DNA of 64,000 nt, taken from assembly GCF_018977255.1 (NCBI RefSeq), contig NW_024704742.1, forward strand, positions 52,578,001 through 52,642,000, in the 5' to 3' direction. Of this stretch, positions 46,801 through 58,800 are shown piece by piece. This DNA is from Callorhinchus milii (taxonomy: Eukaryota). The notes under the pieces were generated by a model that saw only the letters and a program-made list of their open reading frames with translations, made no database searches and had not been told where the DNA came from. Each line of letters opens with the position of its first letter. Within the stretch, counting starts at the first letter, position 1. The translations under genes and the position numbers were made by a program.

Positions 46801-49800
46801 ATCACCATTTCTTCCCCAGGAAAAGCAAAACAGTAACAGAATACAATAATTGGAACAATTACATTACAGTATATAATTCGAATGCCGAAAAAAAGACAGA
46901 ATGAGGCTATAGTTAGGCATGCATGTAGTATGTGGAAGATGCTAATGTTTTAAGAATAGAGATCATGAAGAAGGTGGATCTTTTAGTTAGGAAGCTCCAA
47001 ATACTGTAGTAATATTTTGTGAAAAAATAAGCAGTACACCAAGTGGTGAATTTCATAAAATAGTAATTACTGCAGAGGAGTAAGCCATTTGACCAGTCAT
47101 AAGATGGTGTAAATGCATCCACTGATAACTATTCTAATAACCATTCTTTCACCATACCCTTTCATATTCTTTCTAGCTAAACTGGCTCCAAGGTGACATG
47201 TTTGGCAACGGAATGTCAGAATCGAGCCCATCCTCTGTGGCAGTCTTGATAGTCCAGTTCACAAACCAGGCAGGTCTGCAGTACTCCAGGGCACTGCTGA
47301 TGTAAGCCCAGCCAGGCAGGCTCATCGGCAGGATTTGGAAGGGCAGTTCAGTCACTGGCAGCAGGGAATCTTCCCACTCAGCTCCAGTTAACCCTGCAAA
47401 CCAAAGCCCTAACACGTAGAGTGGCCTCAGCAGGACAATCAGCGGGAAAGCTTGATAGGCAGTGCTTTCAATAGCAAGCTATGCAGTTTTAGCTGGTTAG
47501 GCTCCAATAGTACCTCAACTCACACTTTGGAATCTCCGAGCCTTGTCAACCTGCGCCTAATACTTCCCAGAATTAGATAAGCAGGACATGTTCCTCCAGG
47601 GAAAGAGTGTGCATTCATTCCAATAAACATTTCTGGAATTTCCATGTGTAGATGAGATGCAAAGACCTCTCAGTTTGGTTTGGAAGGACTCCAAGCACCT
47701 GACTGACCAAAACATTCTTACTCCTCAAATGTTTATCTAATTGCTTTTTAAATGGAGTTATGGTCTCAGCCTCAAGTTCCACGTGTGGCAAAGTGTTCCA
47801 CATTCCTCACATTTGGTCCCTGACCAAGTTAAATTTTCTTCACTTTAACGTCAAATACCACCAAAACCCTCATCCAAGACTTTGTTTACTTCCCGACTTT
47901 ACTTCTCAAACATTCTACCTGCCTCCCCTGTGCCATCATCCATAAGCTCCAGCTGACACAAAACTTCACTGCTTGCACCAAATTCCACACTCACTGCCAT
48001 GCTCCAGTAGCTCCCAACAGATTGACTTCAACATCCTCACCCTCACTTATAATTCCCTTTACGCTCTGTGATCTTGTTTTTTCAATCTTGGATTTTCAAT
48101 CTACGACTGTTTGTGGGACACTGCTGTGCGCAATTGGCTGCCACGTTTCGCCCACAAATATACAGTCAATTTATTTTACAGTCTATTTTGTGAAGCGTTT
48201 TGAGACGTCTAGAAGACGTGAAAAGTGCTATATCAAATGCAAGGATTATTATTATTATTGTTCCTACCCAACTCTTCTGTTACTCTATGCCCAGCTAAAC
48301 CAGGCCCATGGTGCTTTCCCATCTCCTCTCCGCATTGGTGGTTGAACCTTCACAATTATGCGCCTAATTTCCTCTCTACCCACCATTTCCCCTCCCTCCA
48401 TCAGTCTTTAAATTCTGCCTAAATACTTACCTCTGAAACTACTACTATGGTCACCTCCTGTTCCACTCTTGCTTAGTGTCTGATTGCATCTTTATCAGCT
48501 ACTCCAAGAATTATCCTATGTGAAGGCACTATATAAGGCCATAAGACGTAGGAGCACGAATAGACCATTCGGCCCCTCGAGCCTGCCCCGACATTTAATA
48601 AAGGTCACGGCTGATCTTCTAACCTAATTCCATTTACCCGCTTTATGCCTATGTCCCTTAATCCCTCTATCCTTTAGAAATCCATCAACCTCAGTCTTGA
48701 ATATGTTGAAGGACTGAGCATCCACAGCCTTCTGGGGTAGAGAATTCCATAAATTCACTACCCTCTGAGTGAAGAAATGTTTCAACTCAGTTCAAAAAAG
48801 GCTGACTCTTAATCTTGAGACGATGACCCCTAGTTTTAGATTCTTCAACCAGGGAAAACAGTTTCACAGCATCTACCCTGTCAAGACCCTTAAGAATCTT
48901 ATAGGTTTCTATAAGATCACCTCTAATTCTTCTATATTCTAGAGAATATAGGCCTAGTTTACTCAACCTATCCTCATAGGTCAACCCCCTGATCCCAGGA
49001 ACCAACCTCGTGAATCTACGCTCCACCCCGTTTAAGGCGATTATGTCCTTTCTTAAATAAGGAGACCAAAACTGCACCCAATATTCTAGGTGCGGTCTCA
49101 CCAAAGCCTTATGCAACTGCAGCAAGACTTCCCTACTCTTGTACTCTAACCCTTTTGCAACGAACGCCAACATGGCATCAGTCTTCCTAGTTGCTTACTG
49201 TACCTGCATACTAACTTTTTGTGACTGGTGTACAAGGACACCCACATCCCTCTGAACACTAACACTACCTAGTCTCTACCCCTCTAGAAAATAATCCGCT
49301 TTTCTATTTTTACTACCTAGGTGAATAACTTCACACGTTATACACGTTATACTCCATCTGCCACCTTCTTGCCCACTCACCTAGCCTGTCTATTTCCCTT
49401 TGCATTCTTTGTGTGTCATCCTCACAGCTTACTCTCCCACCTATCTTCGTATTGTTTGTGAACTTAGATATGTTAAGTTCTATTTCCTCATCTAAATCAT
49501 TGATATAGACTATAAATATAAACTCTAGTTGCTGTTTTTCTAATAACCCTCTGTATAAAAAACTCTTCAAGTGACAATCCTGAGCTTTTTTCCATTTGTT
49601 ACCAAAATACTAAACAGCAAAAATGTTTCAATTTCTATCCTCTCAAACCACTGGAATTGAAGATTTCAAAATATGATTGGACAATGGTGTCATTTAAACC
49701 CCAAAAAATACTGGTTCCTAAGAATGCTCAGCCATACTATCCAATTTTTTATAGATTTATCAAATTAGAAAAATTTCAAAATAAGATGGGCATACAGATT

Positions 49801-52800
49801 CATAGATGTCAAGATTCAATCACCTATCTGTGCTGAGTTTCCTGATCGCAGATGTAGTACAAGTAACCTCATCATCTCTGCAGAAGTGACTGGAAATTTC
49901 AGAATATTATCCTGGTAACTAGCTGGTGATACGTACTGGACACTGCACATGTGGACAGGATCAAACCCAGATGTGATCTCCTCTACAATCAAAGAGCAAC
50001 TGACACTCACTGGGATGCATCAGGTGCTGAACAAATAATGTAAGATTGCTATTTTCTACAGTCCAGATCCCAGTATCGAGGCTCACACATGAAGAAGATG
50101 GGTGAAATACTGCAGGTCACCCTGCTGGAATAATGATAGGAAATGATAAAATTAAAGATGGAGAACCAAAAGGTAAAAATTAATGTGGAACAATATTTTA
50201 TTATCTAATAAAATGTCGGTCTTCTTCATTCCTTTTGATGTAGCTGAACATATAGTGATACACATATGCACATATAAATACTGTACTCTATTGATGGTCT
50301 CTATGTGAAATCTTTACAATACTGGAGCCATCTTATTCATACACTTTTCTCCCAATTATGTTGTAATTTACAGTCTCCATCTTCTCCTTAGACTGAGGTC
50401 TCTGTTGCGATTCTATCTTGTCAGTGGCCATTGTTTCCATTTGGTCCATTATTTGCCCCTCTTCTCTAGGGATTTTCATCCCTTTATAGTGGGACATACT
50501 CCAATGGTGATGTATAATGGGATCTCCCCATTTGATCCTTTCAAATCTAGAGTCTTATTTCAAGTGTTCCTTAAATGCACTCTCAGGCGATTGCGAATTT
50601 GGAGGTAGCAAGGTCCATTCTCCTAGGTTAAATAATAATAATTGTTACATTTGTTGTAGTGCCTTATCATGTAATCGAGATATCTCCAAGATCCTCACAG
50701 AATTTTGAAGTACAGTGTCCTTGCATTTGTAGGCAAATATGACGCATGATCTGCAATGGCTTTGAAGTAGCAGGAGACTGGGAGTCCAGGCTTCCACTTG
50801 ATTTAGTATTTATAATTGTGAAATAAAATACACTACTTTGAAGAAGGGTCTTCCGCACACTTTCATGAGATTAGCTTGATCCATAAGCCTAAAAAATTTG
50901 AGAAATATTGCATGTTTATTTGCTCCTTATACTTTAGTGGCCATCTATACAGGGCCTATCCAAATGTCATTTTACTGAAACCAATTAATTACTAAAATGC
51001 AGAATAGTGTGCATAATCAAAAGGGTTCCAAGATTTTATTTGTGGAAATATTCCTTCAAAGAGAATGTTATAACTACAGTACTTCCTGTTTTTTTTAAAA
51101 CTAAAGGAAGGTTTTTGCATTATAGACCTTACTTAAATCACACATGCTGTTCATATTTCTGCAAGGTATATCATTCCCTCCCCAACCCTCATTTAAGATG
51201 CCATGTCTAAGAATCAATCAGCTAAAATAAAAACTTGGTATGTAGAACATAAGGAAAGATAGGTACAATGCGTATGAAATACTGGAAACATTCTTCTCTT
51301 ATTTGAATTGCATATTTTAGGAAAGTAAAAGTAATAAATATTTTGAGGTTGAATTTGGCAAAAGCATGTAAAGCGCTGCACCAGCCTTTTAGTGGAAATA
51401 TAGCCTCTAATATAAATAACAATTTATCTGCGTTCTTTGGAGATTGATTCAAAAAGAACAACGTGACTGCCTTTTATTAGAATAGACCTGTAGATGTTGA
51501 GTGTATCCTTTTCTTCTGGTAGGTATGTGAGGAATGAGACAGAAATTTCTAGAGATTAATATGAACCAACCTATCCTGAGGAGAAATTTGGTCCTTGAAT
51601 TTGGTTCAAATCCTTAAACGTGTAAGCAACCATTGATTCCAGCTAGGATCTCATTAAATGCATATATTAGATAAGATAGTGTGTGATGGCAACAGAAGGC
51701 CTTTCAAAAGACTAATCTGAAAATATCATCAGCATCTCTGCCAAAGTAGTCAATGGATGTCTACAAAACTTCATGTTCCATTTTGTTGCGTAACCTGCAA
51801 AATTTTGATAAAACACAAAGAATAGATAACTGGTTCAATGGAACATCTTGGTAGCTTTCATGATGATGCCTAGGAAAGTCACTATACAAATGGTTTGAAT
51901 TCATACATGGCGATGGATTGGTGAAGTGAACAAGAATATATCAATCCCATATTTGTTTTCCTTGACACCATTTGTAAGAGTGACACATCACTTGAACAAT
52001 ACTTTAAGCACTTTTGTCACAAAGTTTTTAACTCACAAGAAGGTTATGGATTAAAACCCTGTCAAGAAGTTGAGCTTGTATTCCTGTCTGATCCTTCAAT
52101 GCAGTGCTAGAGGAAGACTGCATTGTTGAAGGTGCTATACTTTCCATGAGACATTAAACCATGGTCCTCTCTGCCTGTTCAGGTCGATGTTAACAACCCC
52201 AAGGTACTATTTAAAAAGAGAAGGAAATTTCTCCTGAAATCCTAGACAATAATCTCGCAGATAAAATTGATCATTCACTTCATGGCCATTTGTAGTATAT
52301 TTCTGTGTGCAAATTGGTTGCCATGTTCACCTATAAATAGTCACTACCCTTTACAGTAAAACGTGTCATGCGAGTTGAGATGTTTTAATGATGTGATAAG
52401 GTACTACATTAAATGCAATAATATAGGATTGGTTTGAATTTAATATTGACGAGCAAAATGCATTTACTGAATTGCCCATTCTGTGTTCCATTGTTTTAAT
52501 AGTTGAACAAATAGCTAGCAATTAGCATACTCATTGGAATTTCTATTCTCCAGTCAAAGGCTTAACCAGCATGGTTTCCTACTGTCAAGCTCTTGGGACA
52601 TCCTCCCGCTGTGAAAGGTACAATAAATACAAATTGTATTGTAATGTATTGTTGCATCATAAAAGCTGAAAAACCTCCAAAGCTGAAGGAATGCCTATGA
52701 GACCAAGGAATTTTACAGAATATATGTGACGATTCAGAGTATCTAGTGCAAAATCGGTTATGTTTTTTTAAGATAGAAGAGATTAATATGGCCAAATGAG

Positions 52801-55800
52801 CTAAATATTGGCATCAGTATGGACACTAATGCCAATGTATGCCAGATGAACAATATCATTACAATAATATAAATTGTTGTCAGAAAAGATATTGCCAGGC
52901 TGCTAACCATTCTCACAATTGTCAAAGTTTATTTTTGATTGCAACATTCCTTCAAAAGACATCTAACCTGTGGATTCAATCTTGTGCTGAAGGTATCAGT
53001 ACATGATTAACTAAGTATTCCTTAAATTGAGCCTGCTGCTGGTCAGGAATAAATCCTCATTCTTGGGATCACAGATAGGAACACTAACATTCTACTCTTT
53101 TAACTGCTCCTTCAGCCCGCTCTTCTGAACTAACATTAAAACCCAGTAGGAAGGTTACCTTTTTGTGCTGGCAAGAGTCTCCATCAAGAAAAGCAATCAG
53201 TATAATCAGTTTGGTACATGATTATCTGTTAAAACCTCCAATGATAACGAATGTGAGAGGTAGCAGATTGTTGAACAAAAATGTATGCTTTATGAGGATC
53301 CTTCAGGAGAACTTGAAATGGCAACATTGGCAAAGATGTGAAATATTTACCTATACAAATGAGTAATAATTGTCAAATTTGTTGGAAAACATTTGAATAT
53401 AAACAAGAAACACAATGTTTCAACTAATACCATAAAGGCAGGAGGGAAAGAACAATTGTTGACTTTTATGCAGCACCTATATAGGATGAGTATTGATTAA
53501 AGACATGTAAAAGCATGCAAGATTTTTCAAATCTTCACATGTGCAGACCTTACCCTATGAGGGTCTGTGTGTGGAAGACCTGAACTGAAGGAGAAACACA
53601 CATCTGGTTATATTTGTTCTTCCTTATGTAACTTTTCAGTTTCGAAAGACAACACAAGTGAAGAAATACATAAGGTTAATTCACTAAATGTGGACAATTG
53701 CATGTTCTTTAATAAGTGAATTATGTATTTCATAAGTACTTTTATTTCACCCAAAGAAATTAGTTATTTGTCATTCTAATGCAGTCCTCAAAGTGACTTT
53801 CTTTTTATATACGCTGCTTAACTGCAACATAGTGCAATACATTTTTATAATAAAAGTATCCCCAAATACAAAAACTTTATGGATGTAGCTTACAATTGTC
53901 ATTGTGAAACAATCTGCCATAAATACAATATATAGTTTTCAAAATATGGCAAAAATACTCATAACTGTTTAATTTGGTTAAATTGTAGTACAACTGAAAA
54001 GTACAATTCAGTAGGAGCACAGACACAAAACTAATACCATTGATGATTCTCCAAAATACAGTGAAGCCGTTTATAGGGTGCATGAGCTTCCTTATAGTGT
54101 GAATTTGGTTATAACACTGTTGCAATGTGATATCGGTGGCAAAGTAATGACTCAGAAGTCATTTTTAGCAGGCAAAACTAGAACAGCCAATTTCTGGGTC
54201 ATTAGATTGCTTTCGACGTCAATTCTTATTTTGCCCGCACACAGCAAACAGGAATTGACATCAGGAGTGATGTGACTTCAAAGTTTGTTTTGTTTAAACT
54301 TGGGAACTGGCCGCGTGCAGGGAGTGAGCCGTTGGTTGGCTAAACACATGCGCAATGAAACCAGCTATCGCGCTTCGCAATAGTGCTGATTTAGATTTTT
54401 GGGGATCTTAACTGTGTTATAACTCGGATCTATTATAGTTGATTGAAGGAGTTCTTAACTATCAATAGGCCGGCAGACTGTGTAAACAGAAACCTTTTAA
54501 ACAATATAAATTAGTAAATTATGCCTTCTATTACTTACAGTTTAAATAATCTGTAGTCAAAGAATCATTTTCCAGCATTTGAACAGAGAGGAATTTATAA
54601 ACATCTGAATGTTCCAACTCTGGGAGAAAATTCAACAAATTTTGATCCAAAAGTTCAGACTGTGGATAACAAATTATACACTATTAGAAGATCTGCTATC
54701 TGCAGGATAGAGAAATTCAAATTGTTTGAAAGCAAAACACTTACACATCCAAACATTCTTTACATGTACCTCAATATCTATGCTAATTAAGTAAACAAAA
54801 TTGTTCAAGTCTACTTTCAAAAGGTAATTTTGTTTTTCAAACTGGACTAGAAAAGGTAAAATTATATGAGCATGTTCAGAATCCAGTCAAAACATACTTA
54901 CTGGTAAATGTTCAAGTAATGGAGTCACATTTTCTGATACATATATTATGTTTCCACCTGTTGTCACTGCTATAAAAAATCCATCTAATGCCTGCAACAA
55001 AAAGGGTGTTTTAAGGATTAAATATTTGATGACGAGCTGCATTGTCAAAACAAGAGAGCATTACTTTGAGCTTTCAATCTTTCTTCTGTATGAATCTGTC
55101 AGATAATCTGTCAGATAATAATCAACATGCAGACAGATTTTATCTGCATGTTGATCATCAAATAACTTTAAAGTTATGAAACAGTCACAGCACAAGTAAC
55201 CCATTGCCGAACATCATTCCAGTGTCTATTCCACTGAAATACATTAAAGGCTTTAGAAAGAGTCCATTAAATTAGAATATCAATGAATATTTTTCTTGAA
55301 GAAAAAGTATTACATGGAATTAATAATAATAATAATCCTTGCATTTGATATAGCGCTTTTCACGTCAGGAGGACGTCCCAAAGCGCTTCACAGAACACAC
55401 TGTAAAGTGAATTGACTGTATATATTTGTGGGCGAACGCAGCAGCCAATTGCGCACTGCAATATCCCACAAACAGTCGTAAATTGAAAATAACCAATTTA
55501 TTATTGTTTTGGGTTTTGGAGGGATTATTATTAGGCTCTGTGTGGAGTAAGGAAACTTGCCCAAGGTTTCGCCCTCTGCCTGGAATTGAACTCAGATCTC
55601 TCACTTGCAAAGCGAGTGCTCTAACCACTGAGCTACAGGACTCCACTAATTAGAGTATGTCAAACAACACACAATTACTCCTAAACTCATCTTGTTTAGC
55701 TGCATTATGTCAGCAAGCAAGACAATTAACCAGATTGTTTAAATCCTGTAATTGAACAAGTGTGAACTTTCTTCCCTATTCCAGTGTACATAATTGGAAT

Positions 55801-58800
55801 GCAATTAAAAAAACAGGAAACAAATGCATCAACAGAAAACATTTAGAAATCACGCTTCATGCGGGAAACATTGGAAGTGTTAAACAATTGCATGGTTTGA
55901 CACTGAGTCGGGGAGAAAGGGGAGTTGACTATAGTTGGGATTAAAATAGTTGAGCCACAGCGTAAAACTCTTTCATCAGATGCACTTAATGTTTATTTGC
56001 TAAATTGCTTCACAACGGGACTAAAAGCTAAATTATCTTTTCCACTTAAATCAGATAAGAATACAAAAGCTGTCGCAACTATCCCTTAGCATTCCATATC
56101 AATTCAGATTGCTGCAGTACACATTGAACTGTAGAAAGATTAATGTCTGTTACCAGTTCACTTTCACATCCCTCTCAGTGCTCCCAACAGGATTTTTACT
56201 GTAAAGTATAGTGACTATATTTTCCAGGTAAATGATTGTTTACATACAAACAACAGACATCAAAATTCTCTACCGACAACCAGCAATGTGCAATCTGATT
56301 AGAATAGCTATCAGTAGGAGTGGTACATAATTTTGCGTAAACTTCTTCATTAAAACAGATGAAAGGGCTAAAATTCCTTTAGATATCTTACAAATACCAT
56401 ACACAATAACCCACCTCTAACATTAGTGGAGTAAACTCTTCATTGCTAAGAAATGTAGGCTTCCAATCCTGCCGTATTTCACTTGCATCTGACTGTGCTG
56501 TGACTTCTAGAAGAACAGGTATACTTTAATTCAAATATCTTCATTTATACCAATACTGCTATTCTTACCACACAATCATTAAAGACAACTAGAATATTTA
56601 TCTATGAAATATATAAGACATCACAACAGAAAATAAATGGCATCAAGAGAATTTACATTCACAATAATGTCACTGCAATCAATCAACAAACCAATATTAT
56701 TATAGGTTACATTCAAATTAATATATTGGGCTCTAATTTTAAAATATTTTAAAAAAGAAAATCTAAAGAAAAATGGTTGCTAGAAATCTGAAATAAATGC
56801 AGAAAATGTTTAATGGTCCTAAACAAATATGAATCTAACTTCTTCTTTCAAATAATTGACCATAAAAATATCTTTAAAAATTTGTGTAGTCAACCAGATT
56901 TCTGAAACTCATGCAGAAACTCAGCACCATGCTTAAGAGTATCCAAACCAGAGAGAGCTCCACATATGGTCATTGAATCAGTGACTGAGAGGGCATCAAT
57001 TTAAGACAATTAGCAAATAAGCAAATGAGGAGGATGAGAGATTTCTTTTAAAATCATGCAGAGCAGTTAGGATGTGGAATGCCCTGCTGGGAGTAATAGT
57101 TGAAGCAGAAATCATATTAGCTTATAAAAGAGCTAATCAATATTTAAAAATATGGGGAAAGGGCAGGTGAACTCAAAGCCTCAGAGTTTCCCATCAGCCA
57201 TCTGATGGACATTATTTGATGAACATCTGCCTTCATCTGTTGTTGTTGTATAATAATAATCCTTGCATTTAATATAGCGCCTTATCTTGGTTGAGCCATC
57301 TCAAATCGTTTCACAGAATATAATGTAAAGTTAATTGACGGTATATTTTGTGGGCGAAACGCGGCAGCCAATAGTGCACAGCAGTGTCTCACAAACAGTC
57401 GTGGATTCAATGACCAAATTATTATTTTTTTTGAAGAGACTCCTACCCCCCAGAAGCAATCTGCCAATCGCCTAACAACTGGGTTCCCACTTACTGCTAG
57501 GTAAACAGAGGTGTGTGGAGTAAGGAAAATTGCCTAACATTTCGTCCTGCCTGGGAGTCGAACCCGGGTGCTCTGGCTTGCGATGCAAGTGCTCTAACCA
57601 ATACGATACAGGACTCCTGCCATTAATATAAAACAGAAAAATATTTGTTACAAAACAATAGATTAACTACCTTTGTGCTTCTGCAAAAAAACAATTGTTT
57701 TCTGTAATACGGTTGACTTGTCCATCTTTCGACTGTTACCTGGAAGCATGGAGCCAAGCTCTTTGATGAGCACATTAAACTGGTCTCGCCGTTTCTTCTC
57801 AGATTTGTTCCTGGACACCCTAGGGTTAGAAGAATATTTGGAACAGTAAAATATTCATAATTATACAATTCAACTGGATTACAAAAAAATCTAATTCTCC
57901 CAAACCCCAAATTAATAATATTCATTGCATTTGCTGAGCAGCTTACTAAGTAAAACATTTCAAAATGCTCACAAATGATTACTTTAATGTGTAGTGACTA
58001 CTTGTAGCCAAATGTGGCAGCCATTTTCACTAGCAAGATCACACAGTCATGAGAGAAGTAGGGCAATCAATAAGGAGGATTTATGGCCAGCATACCAGAG
58101 AAAAAGTTAGCCATCCCTGCGCTCAAGTTTTGAGGTCTTGAACCACAACCCTCTCACCCAAAATTAAATTGTGCAATTTAAGCAAAGCACGTTATTAAGT
58201 TTCTCTAACAGATTACAATATCCACAGCAATGTTCAGTTCAGATCCAACCACTGTATCTCACCTGTAATATTTACCTAATATAATTAGAATCTGCAACCA
58301 ACAACATTTAAAACTTTACTAGCCCCCGCATGTTTCTAGTAATCAAAGCGTGATTAAAGCACAGCTATTTGGCTCCAACAACTGTGCTGGTGCCCCCAAT
58401 TAAGCCAATAACTTTTTCCCCATAACGTTTCCAGTGTGTATAAAAATATGCATGCATTTCCACTTAAGTATATCTACATAACTATAACCTCCTCCCTATC
58501 ACCCGACTAAGTTTCCATTTTACGTACTCCTCATCAGTAATATTCTTGCTATAATAGAACACCCAAAACTGCACAACTGTAGCCTTACAACTGGTACATT
58601 AGAAATTGAGATGATCTCCTTGCTTTTATTCAATACCCCTAAACATTTGGTATAGTGCCTTTCACGACAGGAGGACGTCTCAAAGCACTTCACAGGGTAT
58701 ACTGTAAAGTTTAGTGACAGTGTGTTCTTGGGGGCTAACATGCACCCAATCTCACCAACACCAAATATAGGGAGATTATGGACTACCTGGTGTGCAAAAT

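Noticed and set aside
48787..49570. RT-like ORFs as an active retroelement or novel RT system
   Set aside because: 5'-truncated CR1 with frameshifts and a degenerate catalytic motif (FTNN in place of FADD).
55575..55646. Possible tRNA-Ala gene
   Set aside because: No proper acceptor stem or terminator; it continues into a SINE body and tail repeated many times in the window.
57685..57700. bHLH helix-2 TIVFL instead of SIDFL
   Set aside because: As recalled, this position varies among CLOCK/NPAS2 family members, and the frame is intact through the T7 run.
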